Positions 1 to 13,765 are shown, counted from the first letter of the stretch. The stretch: 64,000 bases of DNA from Octopus sinensis (GCF_006345805.1 NC_043005.1:42408001-42472000); one strand, 5' to 3'. The notes: generated by a model not told the origin, from the letters alone. A program made the numbers and translations.

Positions 1-681
1 ACTGGTAAATCTCAAATTGATGTAAATGCCAGATGCTGATCAATAAAAACATACATAAAGACGAGGGGAAGGTCGGGGGATGTTTGAACTTGGTGTCGAT
101 TGATTATCGGAAGACGCTTTTGTAGCAGTTTAGAGGTAGATCAATCAGAATGGAGCAGACATAGGATCAAAGACACTCCAGCCATGATCATATCATCTTG
201 TTTTCGTATCCATCGTGACATTGTTCAAAGTGTCTCTCTTATAAGGCAGAAGGGGGTGATATGAAGGAGGACTAGGTGCTACGTCTAGCAAGTTGAATGA
301 CCACTATGAGATTTCCTCGTTAGCTCAGTGTTGGTGACACATGGATTCTGGAGATATTAACCATGGGAAATTAAGAACATATAGAAAACCTAACCATGAA
401 TAAATGAAAGACTACTTTACAGATCCAAATAAAAGAGAAAATTGCGAAAACGAAATTGATCTTGATCATACAAACATTTTTTCGAAGGTAAATATATATC
501 CACTGCAAAGATTGATTTGAAGTCCGGTTGGAAAACTGAGCCAAGATGATCTTGTAGCGTGGAAAATAATAAAAACATGATATTTGTCCGAGCAAAACAC
601 AAACAGAAGGAAATTAGAGAAAAGACAGACAAATACTCAGCTATCAATAAATTAGAGAGAATATAACCTTTTCTACCCTAA

Positions 682-1439
682 CCACAAGGCCCGAAATTTT
701 TGGCGAGGGGCCCAGTTGATTAGATTGACCCCAGTATGCAACTGGTACTTAATTCATCGACCATGAAAGCATGAAAGGCAAAGTCGACCTCGACGGAATT
801 TTAACTCAGAACGTAAAGACAGACAAAATATCTATTTCTATTTCTTTACTACACACAAGGGGCTAAACACAGAGAGAACAAACAAGGACAGACAAACGGA
901 TTAAGTCAATTATATCGACCCCAGTGCGTAACTGGTACTTATTTAATCGACCCCGAAAGGATGAAAGGCAAAGTCGACCTCGGCGGAATTTGAACTCAGA
1001 ACGTAAGGACAGACGAAATACCTATCTCTTTACTACCCACGAGGGGCTAACACAGAGAAGACAAACAAGGACAGACACACGGATTAAGTCGATTATATCA
1101 ACTCCGAAAGGATGAAAAGCAAAGTCGACCTCGGCGGAATTTCAACTCAGAACGTAGCGGCAGACGAAATACCGCTAAGCATTTCGCTCGGCGTGCTAAC
1201 GTTTCTTATTTCTCTATTGCCCACAAGGGGCTAAACATAGAGGGGACAAACAAGGACAGACAAACGGATTAAGTCGATTATATCGACTCCAGTGCGTAAC
1301 TGGTACTTATTTATTCGACCCCGAAAGGATGAAAGGCAAAGTCGACCTCGGCGGAATTTGAACTCAGAACGTAACGGCAGACGAAATGCCGCTAAGCATT
1401 TCGCCCGGCGTGCTAACGTTTCTGCCAGCTCACCGCCTT
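682..1439 (-). mobile_element. SINE family 1 array (tRNA-derived head GGCGGCGAGCTGGCAGAA..., B box GTTCAAATTCC), four core copies
   Basis: Repeated core GTCGACTTTGCCTTTCATCCTTTCGGGGTCG on the minus strand. Full head at 1439, truncated head near 1205, plus headless internal units. Confidence 0.9.
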
Positions 1440-1880
1440 GAGTGAATATAACGCCACACAAAAACTAAGAACATTTTAGGAAGAAATGTAGGCGCATAAG
1501 ATTAATCTATAAAACTAGTTTAAATCCCCAAATAAAGTATTAGTTAAGTAGCTAACAGATACGTTCTTTTCTAGTAATAAGAATAAGTTATAGTTATAAT
1601 ATTCTTACATGCGACCAAGGGAATTAGTAAGAACAAATAGAAAAATCACATAAAATGATAACAGCAATTAGAATTCTCCACTCCAAGATTAAAGCATTCA
1701 GATTATTTTTACTATTAAGAGTGAACGTACTGCAAGATGACTATGAAGTTTTTATAGAGTGATTACAAAAATATTTAGCAAAGAAGACAAGGAAACTGAT
1801 ACAAGTTGCTACAGAATATATGAACAGAATTTAAGTAAAAATGACTTCCATCTTCATAGAAATAACAAATATAAAACAAA

Positions 1881-2462
1881 TATTAGTTTCTAATTTGGGC
1901 ACATGGTTAACGATTTTAGGGGAAGGGGTAATCCGATTACGTTGACCCCAGTACTCAACTGATATTATTTTATCGAACCCAAAAGGATGAAAGGTAAAGT
2001 CGATCCCGGCGGAATGGGAACTCAGGAAGTAAAAACGGACGAAATACCTATTTCTTTACTACCCACAAGGGGCTAAACACAGAGGGCACAAGCAAGGACA
2101 GACAAAGGGATTAAGTCGATTATATCGACCCCAGCGCTTAACTGGTACTTATTTAATCGACTCCGAAAGGATGAAAGGCAAAGTCAACCTCGGCGGAATT
2201 TGAACTCAGAACGTAGCGGCAGACGAAATACCTATTTCTTTACTACCCACAAGGGGCTAAACACAGAGAGGACAAACAAGGACAGGCAAACAGATTAAAT
2301 CGATTATATCGACCCAGTGCGTAACTGGTACTTATTTAATCGACTCCGAAAGGATGAAAGGCAAAGTCGACCTCGGTGGAATTTGAACTCAGAACGTAGA
2401 GGCAGACGAAATGCCGCTTAGCATTTCGCCCAGCGTTGCAAACAATTCTGCCAGCTCACCGA
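1881..2462 (-). mobile_element. SINE family 1 trimer (one head, three cores)
   Basis: Head at about 2460. Internal junctions GAAATA|CCTATTTCTTTACTACCCAC near 2047 and 2230. Confidence 0.9.
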
Positions 2463-2482
2463 TTTAACAATAATAACAAATG

Positions 2483-2606
2483 TTGATCTCAAATTTTGGT
2501 ACAAGGCCAGAAATTTCGGAGGAAGAGGATAAGTCGATTGCATTGACACCTGTGTTTAACTAGTACTTGTTCTATCGACTTCGAAAGGATGAAAGGCAAA
2601 ATTGAC
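2483..2606 (-). mobile_element. SINE family 1, 3' fragment
   Basis: Tail GGCCTTGTACCAAAATTTGAGATCAA plus partial core. Confidence 0.7.
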
Positions 2607-3249
2607 ATGCGTGGGGGTTAATAATTAAAACAGAAAGCAACCAAAACCTAATATGAAAGAAAAGCGCTTTTTATATGAGCAATTTTGAGTGAAGTGAGTA
2701 AAGAAGTAAAGAAATAAAACGTAGTACTGGTTAAGAAGTCCATTATTGACAACTGAGAACGAAGGGGTCTTGATTGCAATACAAGATCAAGATCTTTCCG
2801 CCAGAAACTACCTAAAATATATATGGAGAGCTAGCACTATCTGCAGAGTATGCAGAGATTGCGAAGAAAGAATTAATCACGGCATTTATGACTGACCGGT
2901 TTCTATAAATTGACATGTCAAGCTTTGGGTGATACATGAACAGGAAGATATACTTGTGTTATTAAATATTCACAGGAAAATATGATAGAATCATATACAG
3001 CAGAACATCTTAGAGAATGACTACTAGACGTACTAGTTTTCACACGCAAAGAGATAAGGCGCCGTCATATCAATTTTACCGAATAAAGAAACGGTTAAAA
3101 TTTAAATTACTAGAAGCAGAGACATTCAGAGGATGGGAATAGCAAACAGAATCAGTCCTTAAAATAATATACGACACATGAATGATGTATAGCGATGTCT
3201 AGATAATAAAATCAAAACATTGTGATTTAGACAAAATACAGAGAATATA

Positions 3250-3425
3250 GATTTCTAATTTTGACACAAAGCCAGTAGTTTTGGGGTAGGGACCAAATCT
3301 ATTAAATTGACGCCACTGCTCAACTGGTACTTCTGCTCTGCGCGGAATTTGAACTCAGAATGCAGTGACAGACGAAATACCGCTAAGTATGCTGTCCGGC
3401 GTGCTAACGATTTTGCTAGCTAGTC
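3250..3425 (-). mobile_element. SINE family 1, internally deleted copy
   Basis: Head and B box (GAATTTGAACTCAGAA on +) and tail are recognisable. Confidence 0.7.
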
Positions 3426-3619
3426 GCTATAAATATGGAGAATATTACTCGTGTATACTTAACGTATTGCGTAAGGTTTTGTCAATATGACCGCACACAA
3501 CAACAACCACCATGCTTTCTGCAATAAGTAAAATGCCTGAAAGTTTGGGGAAAGGGGTAAGACGATATCATCGATCTCCAGCATTTCACGGGTTCTATAT
3601 TTTATCGACACCGAACAAT

Positions 3620-4345
3620 ATCAGTCTGACTAAAATGTAAGTAACATATTGAAACATGAATTTCATCGCAATATATTTCAACAATGCGGAAATTTTATTC
3701 CCCAAAGTAAGCACCATTACAATCAACATATCTTTGCCAACGAGTTACGAGTTTGTTTATTCCGGTAACATAAAGATCTGGAGTTCTGGAATTGACGAAC
3801 TCTTTGAACGCATTTTTAGCATCGGTTTGATTTTTGAACTCTTTCTCTCGCAGGAAACCGTCATGGTGCTTGAAAAATGGCATAGTCGGTAGGAGAAAGG
3901 TTTGGGGAATAAGTTGGGTGAGGAAGAACTTCGTAGCCAAATCCCCTCAACTTCTGGAGCGTCATTAGTGAAATGTGTGGTCGAACATTGTCATGAAGAA
4001 TGATTGACCCTCTCCTGTTGAGCAGTCTGGGGCGGAGGAGTTGTATTTTTCGTCCATTTTGGCAATTTCACGGCAATATGTTCCTGCAGTAATGGCTTTT
4101 CCGGGTTTTAAGAAGTAATAGTGGATGAGTCCAGCAGTACACCACCAAACAGTCACCATAACCTGCTTTTTGAAGAGCTCGGATTTAGGAAAATTTTTCG
4201 GTGCTTCATTTTGGTCTAAACACCGCGAAGAACGTTTTATATTATTGTACAGAATCCACTTTTCATCGCAAGTTAGAATACGGTCGAGAGATGGACAGAT
4301 CTGGTTACGGAGAAGAAGCGACGAGCAAATGTTTCTCTTCAAACA
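3620..4345 (-). mobile_element. mariner transposase remnant (3' two-thirds, frameshifted)
   Basis: ORFs 3965-4342 (RILTCDEKWILYNN, VMVTVWW) and 3695-3940 (GINKLVTRWQRYVDCNGAYF) are mariner catalytic-domain segments. TIR-like end near 3620; 5' part missing. Confidence 0.9.
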
Positions 4346-4599
4346 AGGGTTACAGTGTTAACAGAACTGCTGTAAGGGTGTAAAAAACGAGTATCTCAAG
4401 ACACAACAATTAATAACAAATATAATTCCAATTCAACAATCCTTCGCTAACCTCTCTAACAACGCATAAACAACATTCACGAACAAGTCGGTCAGGATGA
4501 TTGTAACAACATTTTCTTTATTACCCACAGACGAAATACTGCTAAGCATTTCGCCCGGCGTGCTAAAATTTCTGCCAGCTCGACGCCTTTAATGATGAT

Positions 4600-4676
4600 G
4601 ATGATAATAATAATAATAATTATTATTATTATTATATTATTATTATTATTATTATATTATTATTATTAATAATAAT

Positions 4677-4722
<46 letters not shown>

Positions 4723-4732
4723 TAATAATAAT

Positions 4733-4769
<37 letters not shown>

Positions 4770-4828
4770 TAATAATAATAATAATTAATAATAATAATAA
4801 GTAATAATACTACTACTAATAATAATAA
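4600..4828. repeat. Compound (TTA)n/(TAA)n microsatellite
   Basis: Directly visible. Confidence 0.95.
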
Positions 4829-5190
4829 TGGTTTCAAATTTTGTTAGAAAGGTAGCCATTTTGGGGAAGGGGAGGGACTAGCCGATTGTAAGATCGACCC
4901 CCGAGAAGATGAAGAGCAAAGTCAACTTTGGCGTAATTTGAGCTCAGAATGTAGCGACGTGCGAAATGCCGCTAAGCATTTCGCCCGGTATGCTAACGAT
5001 TCTGTCAGCTCACCGCTAAGTTGCACGGACAAAACGCTTAGCGTCATTTCGTCCATTTTTTCTTTCTGAGTTCAAATTCCACCGAGGTCGACTGTGCCTT
5101 TCATCCTCAAGGTCGATAAAATAAGTACCAGTCGAGTACTGGGGACGATATTACTGACTTCCCCGAATTAGCACTTCTACTAAAATGAAT
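4829..5190. mobile_element. Two SINE family 1 copies in divergent orientation (minus 4829-5018; plus about 5031-5190, head-truncated)
   Basis: Core and B-box motifs on opposite strands. Confidence 0.8.
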
Positions 5191-5211
5191 GTATGTACGT
5201 GTGTGTGTGTG

Positions 5212-5263
<52 letters not shown>

Positions 5264-5907
5264 TCATACAGTAATACAATTATACGTATGTATACACACA
5301 TACACAAAGATACATACATCAGGAGTGAATGAGATTCCTGGTCAAAGGTGAGTACAAAATGAAATTTAGTATTTTTCTAATTATGTTTTGATATAAATAT
5401 AAAAACTAATTATCGATTAGATATTTGCAATTAACCATGTTAATTAATTTACATTACGTTCGATAATATAAGAAAGAGTAATTATTATTACATATATTTT
5501 GTCTTGAAATAAATATTTGATTTACTGCAAGTCACATCACTATTTTATATCACCTCTAGCAAAGGACGCAAACTTGTGCTTTACCTGGTAATGCGCTCAT
5601 ATTCAAGAAATATCAACTCAGCTAAATGTATTCTTAGGTGCTGTCCAAGAATCTTTGACTCGATTTCATCTGACGAGGGGATAAAAAATGTCGGTGATTA
5701 GAAGAGAGCGTGTCACACCTTTTCAGACTAATTGGCTGGGCTAAATGTTTATACACTGACTATGAAGGAGTGACAATAGAGCTGCGAAATCTTGCATTAA
5801 TTTCATCTCTGCTTATTAATAACTTCATTGTTTCATCCATGTAACCTGGCTGTCACCTGACTGCTGAAAAAAGACTGCAAAAGTCAATAGTAGCACTTCT
5901 CTTTGAA

Positions 5908-6340
5908 ATGGATTAAATTCAGCATCGTGGTGTTATCAGGTACCTGCAGAAAAAGGGCTTAGCCCCCAAGGACATTTATGCTGTTATGGTTGATACATTA
6001 GGAGATGACGCTGCAGCTTTATCAGGAGCACAAAAGTGAGCAGCTGCCTTTAGGAGGGAAAGGGAGAGTCTTGAAGATGGCTCAAAGTCTGTAGTTCCTA
6101 TAATGGCCACCATCGAGGAAAACATTGGTTGCGCGCACCTCATGGTGATAGATAACAGGCAATTGACCATAAATCAAATAGCCAATGCCATTAACATATC
6201 CCGTGAGAAAGTTGAGGATATTTTGGACAATAAACTTTGCATGACGAAGTTTTCTGCTCGGTGGGTTTCACGTGTTCTGACACCTGATCAAAAGTGCGCC
6301 AAGATAATCACATGACGGGAATATCTGACATTGTTTCAGG
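5908..6340 (+). mobile_element. mariner transposase 5' remnant (HTH region through the WVPR-like motif), truncated
   Basis: Translation IQHRGVIRYLQKKGLAPKDIY...RQLTINQIANAINISREKVEDIL...KFSARWVSRVLTPDQK, with internal stops. Confidence 0.85.
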
Positions 6341-6341
6341 A

Positions 6342-6812
6342 GGCATCATCCACAATTATGGTGATGTGAAAGTTGATGTACAAACCCATATTGGACAATC
6401 TTAAGGTGTATTCAAACGACTTTGCCCAGTACGGTCCAAATATTCCATCACCAAAGATGTGAAGTTCCATCTATACATGTCGATTGTAGTGCCTTCTGCT
6501 ATCTTTGCATGCGAGACGTGGAAAAGCACAACTGACATCGTCAACAAATTCGACGTTTTCCATAGGCGACGCATTCGTGTTATACTTGGAATATCTTAGA
6601 GCGACTACATCTCCAATGAAAAGATCATGGAGCGGTGGGCGATAGACAACCTATGCGACATCTTCGAAAACTGGTGCAGTACTCCGTACTCTCCGCGAGA
6701 ACTTACGGGAATTGCAAATGACCTGGACTAATGCAAAAAACGGCTGCAGCAGATCACACTCGGTGGAAGTAACTCGTTGCCCAGTGTGCGTTTGGAACAG
6801 GAGGAACTAAGA
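6342..6812 (+). mobile_element. RTE-clade LINE 3' fragment
   Basis: Translation KFHLYMSIVVPSAIFACETW...FHRRRIRVILGIS.SDYISNEKI is typical of the post-RT region of RTE elements. Confidence 0.8.
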
Positions 6813-6930
6813 TTATATATCAGAACAACCACGTAAATGTGGTAAACGACTTTACTGTTTAGTACTGTTAATATGTGTATCTTTCAAAGATTTTAAAACC
6901 AACCACCTTAGCTTGTTGTATATATATGTG

Positions 6931-7008
<78 letters not shown>

Positions 7009-7014
7009 GTATAA

Positions 7015-7569
7015 ATAATTTCCATAATTCTTATTACCCTAATATTATTTATTATGTTTAAATGATTTTTGATAAATTTGTTCGAGGTTTTACCGGCATG
7101 AAAAGTTAGAATATACAAACAATGGGTTTACATGCGGAATTGATCTCGTTGTGTGTATATTTAAAATCTAAGGGCTCCCTACTGATGAAGACGGCCTCAG
7201 TAAACCATTTTTTACTGAAATATGTCAGAAACCATGGTCTAGGAACTAAATTAGATGGTAAATGTTTTTAATTTTCATTCCCTTCGAGAATTTATCCCTA
7301 ATTAGTGGTTTGAATTTTTAACTGTTCTTTCTAGCGCAAGGCTTTCCTATGATGGAAGCTTCTTAATGTGTTTTAATGTACACGATATCGTATATGAACA
7401 ATATATAGTCTACTGACTAAATTTTTTTGCGCTAGGCCACTGGTAATAAAAATTTCTATAATTCTTATTACCCTAATATTATTCATTATATATGAGCGCC
7501 ATACTAATACAATTGTTTGTTTGTTTCCCACCTGCCTTCGTCTTTTGTCTATTTTCATAAAGCTTCCCG

Positions 7570-7572
<3 letters not shown>
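7015..7572. repeat. Hammerhead-containing repeat embedded between (TA)n tracts
   Basis: A segment of about 38 bp is directly repeated at about 7018 and 7451. The 3' part 7493-7572 recurs nearly identically at 21833-21911. Confidence 0.55.
7178..7243 (+). ncRNA. Type I hammerhead ribozyme motif with extended stem II
   Basis: CCUA-CUGAUGA-A-GAC...GUC-A-GAAA-CCAUGG-UC/UAGG. Stem I CCUA/UAGG, palindromic stem III ACCAUGGU, GUC triplet. Confidence 0.75.
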
Positions 7573-7624
<52 letters not shown>

Positions 7625-8856
7625 TACTACTTTTTAGTTTACTATTTGAATAACGCATCACCGGCGAAATTTCGAAGTTACTGTCGACATTTCTATAACC
7701 AATATCTGATTCTACCTATGAACACACACACACACACACACACATGCACGCACAAGTAGACATACACGTATATGTATAGATGTTGTGTGCGTGTGCATGT
7801 ATGCGCGTATATATGTGGGCTTGCACGCGTATGTGCGTTAGTGACAGATTGTGAATGTCGACTTAACTTCGAACAAAGCAAACTACGACAATTTAATGAG
7901 CAAAGTTGATCTACTTTAGATGGACACTTCCACTAGACTTTCCAGCCATTTTATCCTCCATGGTCTTGTCATTTTTCTTTTTCCCTTTCTTTATTTCTTC
8001 TCTTGTTGGCCATTACAGACTTAGGCCACCAGATCAAAGCATTTTCTTATTCGTTGGTGTATATAGGATGTATATACACACATATATATATATAACTGTG
8101 AGTGTGTATGTAAGCACTGTATGTAAGTACTCACACTCTTTCTTCAGATAAAGAGACGGTGGCAAAGAGAATCTGTAAAAGTATGCCGATGTCCTCGTGT
8201 AAATGAATGTGAAGAAAAATATGATATATGCGGCACATCAAGATCAGAAATAATTGTATTATCATACAAACCATTATTCTTATTAACAGTAGGAAGGCAG
8301 TAAGCTACATTACGGCTGACCAAATATGTTGTGGCATTTAGTTAGGTCCTTTTACGTTTTGATTTCAAATGCCGCTAGATGGTATTAACTTCTATGCTTC
8401 GAGTAATTTACTTGGGTCTACTATGTCAACTTCACCTTCCTTAAAACCTTTGTCCTTGTGCCTAAATTAATAGTAACTATTAGCAGTTGGAAGCTGAGAG
8501 CATTTATAGTAAAAGCAGAATGATCCTAACAATATCACAACAACGACAGCCTTTGAAATAGCAGTACATATAAAGCAGTAGTTGTGACAGTAGTTTAGGG
8601 AAATAAAGCAGTGAAAGGCGTAGCATCGTAGGTAATGGAGTTCGTGTATAGTTTCAATATTTACATTGCATTATTGGTTAATGTCTTTTGTAAAGTTTCT
8701 TATAGACATAGTCAGATAATGTATACAAAATTTCCTTTGGGTTCCACAGCAGTGAGAAATTTAAAACGGCCTGACATAGCCACTACCCAACCCACCAAAA
8801 AAAGTCAACTCAAAAAATTATACAAATTTTCTGTTAATATTTAATGGCTTCAATTC

Positions 8857-9060
8857 AGCGAGCTGGCAGAATTGTTAGCACACCGGGATAAATGCTTAGT
8901 AGCATTTCGTCCGTCTTTACGTTCTGAGTTCAAATTCCGCCGAGGTCGACCTTACCTTTCATCCTTTCAGGGTCGATAAAATTTAACACTGAGGTCCATG
9001 TAATCGATTTACTCCTTCCAACGTAATTGCTGGCCTTGTGCCAAAATTTGAAATCAATAT
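8857..9060 (+). mobile_element. SINE family 1 monomer
   Basis: Head, B box, core and tail GGCCTTGTGCCAAAATTTGAAATCAAT. Confidence 0.9.
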
Positions 9061-10262
9061 TTAACTGGGTAATTTGGTACTGAACGTTTTCCTGAGAAAA
9101 ATGTCAAATATTTGGAACGAAATATAAGTGTGCCATCGACCGCACAGGTTATCTGACTTACTACATATTGTGCATAATATTGTATAGAGAAAGACGACGG
9201 AGAAATAGCTCGTCACAATCCACGCAAATTTTGGAAAATGATTATTCCAGTAAGAAAAATAGAATATATACATAAAAGTAAATCTAACCCAATAATTTGT
9301 TTCTTAAAGACATTATTGTAATGTTAATACACTAGATTTGTCCCATTTCCTTTCATTTTTGTTCTTGCTCTACGTACGGGTAATTCATTAATTTAATATC
9401 TACCAATATTCCATAATAAATAGGTAAAATTTTCAATTGTGTTTCCAGTTTTGATTGATGTTCTGTTTTTTAACTTATCTTAATGCTTCCAACTATTTTT
9501 TATACACATTATTTCATGTTTCTTACTGCACCTATACATGAAAATATGGCTGAACTTTAGCTTCCATGCGCTGCCGTTAGATATTGAAAACGAAATTCAT
9601 AAAATATTCATTGACTAAGTCTATTGTTATAGCTTTTCATCTTAACTCACTTTTTATCTTTTTAATCTTTAACCTGTTGCAAAAAAAAGAAAACAAGATT
9701 GATTCAGTTGTCGTTTCATCTATCAATATTTTAATTTTGCTTACCTTTTAGTATTTGTATCCCTAAAGTATAAGGGTCCTTCGGAACTGCAGTCACACCT
9801 TTCGTTTCACTCACAAACCTCCTTTCTTCCGAAGTGTTTTATTAATTTGGGATAACTTTCAAGTTCATTCTTACTTACATTCATACGCAGTCACAGACAC
9901 ACATATACTTACAAAGATGTGACATGTTCTTTAGGTTAATTAAATGGAACGGATTTATAGTTTCATAGCTCATTATTGAGGCACTAAACATTATAGCTTT
10001 AGTATTACTGAAGAGTTGAATATCTCTCAAATTTCAAATATTTTAGAAGATATACGACTTTCTAGAATGTGCAAGCGCTTCGAGGATTTGGATTCCTACT
10101 TATAGAGACAGGTGACACAACTAATTATTAGAGAGAAGCTGCATCGAGCAACTTTGGTAAATCACAAGAAGTCTAGTTGTGAGTAGTTTTGTCCGTGATA
10201 TTTCCTGAATCTGTTGCAAGAATGCTTTCTTTTACACACACACAATGTTTTCTTTTACACAC

Positions 10263-10338
<76 letters not shown>

Positions 10339-10436
10339 TATCTGTACATATCTTAGAGTTTTGGAAAACGTTGTTTTGTCTGAGGGAATTTGAATTGTTA
10401 CTGATATTCTTTAAAATACCATTTTCTTAAATTTTA

Positions 10437-10808
10437 TCTCTCTATATATAAACGGCAGTTTGTCTGTGTGTGTTTCTGTGTGTCTGTTAGCTTGTACCCT
10501 CACCCTGACCACGGCTTTCAACCGATTCTGATGAAACTTGACACACACATAGCCCAATGTCATAATTCAAAACTAACACAGCGGAAATTTTGAAAAGTTC
10601 CCCCAGTTCTGAAAAAAATCGATAAATTCGACATGGGGTAGAGAATCAGAAACACAAACCACAGACTGTCTAGGGGACGCAACTCGACCTTTTTAACTAA
10701 AAAAAAAATTTACCATCATTTTTTTTCCATTTTTTGGCTATAACTCTCTAAAAATGCTTTATAGTTATTTCCCTTACAAACCCGAGCAACGCCGGGCGAT
10801 ACTGCTAG
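10437..10808 (+). mobile_element. Non-autonomous Helitron (about 370 bp)
   Basis: A|TC start, subterminal hairpin CCCGAGCAACGCCGGG (10781-10796), CTAG|T end, no TSD. Confidence 0.8.
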
Positions 10809-10855
10809 TATTCAATAAAACAGTTTCTGAGAAAAAACAACTATGGCGTGCATTA

Positions 10856-11272
10856 TTTAATTCTTTATTGCCCACAAGGGGCTAAACATAGAAGGGACAA
10901 ACAAGGACAGACAAAGGGACTAAGTCGATTACGTCGACCCCAGTGCATAAATGATACTTATTTAATCTACCCCGAAAGGATAAAAGGCAAAGTTAACCTC
11001 GGCGGAATTTGAACTCAGAACGTAGTGGCGGACGAAATACCTATTTCTTTACTACCGACAAGGGGCTAAACACAGAGAGGACAAACAAGGACAGACAAAC
11101 GGATTAAGTCGATTATATCGGCCCCAGTGCGTAACTGGTACTTATTTAATCGACTCCGAAAGGATGAAAAGCAAAGTCGACCTCGGTGGTATTTGAACTC
11201 AGAATGTAACGGCAGACGAAATACCGCTAAGTATTTCGCCGGCGTGCTAACGCTTCTGCCAGCTCGCTGCTT
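10856..11272 (-). mobile_element. SINE family 1 dimer
   Basis: One head, two cores, internal junction near 11040. Confidence 0.9.
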
Positions 11273-12267
11273 TATTTATTATTGAGTCTACTTTCTAAGT
11301 TTAGCTTTATTTTTAATTAATTCCTTTTAAGCAACGGCCTTGATATATATATACTATTTGCAGTGATCGAGCAAGTTTGTTTTATATTATTTGGGAGTTA
11401 AAATTAGCGGTAGATCGGCAGAATCGTTTAAGGTGAGGGAACTAGCAGAGATCAACTTTGCATTACACCCTGTTTTTGTCAATAGAATATAATTATAGTG
11501 AAGCAACGATGTCGATTCAATTGATTGTCAGCATCCTCAAACTTCGTGCATTGTTTTTGGAAACGATGCTACTTGAGGTGTAATGAATATATTCCCTTGC
11601 TTGTAACACTTAACATCCATTTAAAAAAAAAATTGCTTTTTTTTTTTGTCTTGGCTGTAATGTAACTAGATAATTTAGTATTTGAAGGCTTTTCAGTTAT
11701 GACCCTTCAATATTTTCTATAGCACATTTATCACTCCAAACCTTACCACAGTGAATATATAATATTTGGTAGGAACTGACTCAAATCCTTGCCAAACAGC
11801 TGGATGACCCCATCAAATTGGTTGTGGGAAAATACACATCTACTACGATCACTTAGATGAGGTGTAAATATAAAAATTCTTATCTTATTCATGCTATCAA
11901 GAACAATGAATTTAGCTCAACCCCTCTTTTAATAAGCTGGGTTGCTAGGTCTTTTTGAGAGGGAAATTGTTAAAGAGACTAGAAAATTGTGCAACGTTTC
12001 AGTTATAATATATTAATCAAAATTTAGTGTAGGACAGCTGACAGTTGTCCAGGTATTGTTTAAAGCAACATTTCTTGCATACGAAATATTTTATATGCTT
12101 TCTGTCTTATCAGTCCAAAATAGTAGAATATACATATAAAACTGTACATATTGAACTTCTAGACTAAGAGAAATAAAAAAACTACCGAGCGAGTTTTTGA
12201 TTAAAATATGAATTTTACTTGTATGTTTTTAAAAAGCCATTCATACATTGCAGCACAAATGTAAATA

Positions 12268-13520
12268 CGAGGGACGTTCAATAAGTAATGTCTCTGACCC
12301 ACTTGCAGTTGTTTGATCTAGCTGAAATTTTGCATGTGCAATCATTTATATCTCTATAGAGTAAGAGGCAAATTACAGCTCTGAATTAATTGTGGTTTCT
12401 GATTTACAGGTGTTTGAACCGAGTCAAGTGTGAAATGGAGCCTGTTGAGTGTCGAGCAGTGATCTGGTTTTTGTATTTGAAAGGACGCACACCACGGGAG
12501 ACTTTTGATGAAATGAAAGTAATTTATGGTGATGATGCCCCATCATATGACCTTGTAAAACGCTGGCATCGTGAATTCAAACATGGTCGGAACTCTGTGG
12601 AAACAGCTCCCAGATCTGGTCGCCATTTTGGCTGCCATTTTGGAAGATCGACGCATAACTATTCGCCAAATAGCCCATGAGGTCAAGATTAGTACCGGGT
12701 CTGTGGAAACTATCATTCATGACCATTTGCATATGCAAAAGGTGTCTGCCAGATGGATTCCCAGGTTGCTCACGCCTTTCCAGAAGCAAGAACGCGTCGA
12801 GTGCTCGAGGGTGAATTTGGAGATGTGCCAAGAAGATGAGTCAAAATTTTTCAAAAGACTGATTACACAGGATGAAACCTGGGTCCATCACGATGATCCA
12901 GAGACCAAGCCCAGTCAATGCAGTGGAAGCACCGTGACTCACCCCCTCCAAAGAAGGCAAGCGTGCAGCCCTCCGCTGGCAAGGTCATGCTCACAGTCTT
13001 CTGGGACCAGGACGGAGTAGTGATGACAGATTTCCTGGCAAAGGGTACCACAATTGCAGGAGCCTATTATGCTTCACTTTTGAGGAAATTAAGAGAAGTT
13101 ATCAAAATCAAGAAGCGGGGCAAGATCAGCAAAGGCATCCTCCTCCTGCAGGACAACGCTCCGGTCCACAACTCGCTTGTCGCCAGATCAGAAGCACAGG
13201 CGTATGGCTATGAACTCCTCCCCCATCCCCCTACTTTCCTGACCTTGCACCCTCTTATTTTCACCTCTTCCCAGTCATGAAGTTGTTTTTGAAAGGAAAG
13301 CGTTTCCCAGATGATGCAGCCTTGATTTCTGAAGTCACGTTGAGGTTGGAGGACCAAGATGAGGTCTTCTACAAAAACGGTCTCCAGAGCTGCATCAAAC
13401 AATGGGAGAAATGCGTACATAGTGGTTCCTATGTAGAAAAAGACTAATAACTGTGCCAAGTTTCGTTGCTCTACTGCTATGGGAAGTGGGTCAGGGGCAT
13501 TACTTATTGAACGCCCCTCG
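12268..13520 (+). mobile_element. Near full-length mariner element (irritans/Himar-like), non-functional
   Basis: TIRs of about 36 bp (CGAGGGACGTTCAATAAGTAATG... / ...CATTACTTATTGAACGCCCCTCG) with TA on both sides. Transposase 12435-13447 has ITQDETWVHH and LLQDNAPVH, an internal deletion and frameshifts. Confidence 0.95.
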
Positions 13521-13718
13521 TAGATGTAAAAACTACACGTTAAAGATTTTAAGTGGTGGAAGTAGATTTTTGAATGTTCAGGCCTTTTTGAACTTTACAA
13601 GTTAAGTGCAATACAAAATACTGATGTCACGAAGTCACAAAAGTGCAAAAGAGTGACATATGCCAATTGAATCCTTCCCTACATTCAATTGTTTGTTCTC
13701 CTAAAGTTATATATATAT

Positions 13719-13765
<47 letters not shown>

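Larger units (their letters stand above)
380..3260 (+). mobile_element. Old, heavily degenerate R4/Dong-like non-LTR retrotransposon, fragmented by SINE insertions
   Basis: Hand translation gives decayed motifs in the expected order: HKMITAIRILHSK (about 1650-1690, cf. RKMLT..RMHHPKAD), EGVLIAIQDQ...RNYLKYI and CRVC..CEERINH (about 2750-2880, CCHC region), then an RLE-like tail. Many stops and frameshifts. Confidence 0.5.

Noticed and set aside
7330-7370. Minus-strand AAGAAGCTTCC...GGAAAGC hairpin resembling a hammerhead stem II
   Set aside because: The core and the GAAA/stem III segment are not recognisable.
10527-10540. CTGATGA (also 5668 CTGACGA, 18112, 61253, and CTGAAGA at 19382 and 19408)
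   Set aside because: No stem II, GAAA, NUH or stem I arrangement follows; chance matches.
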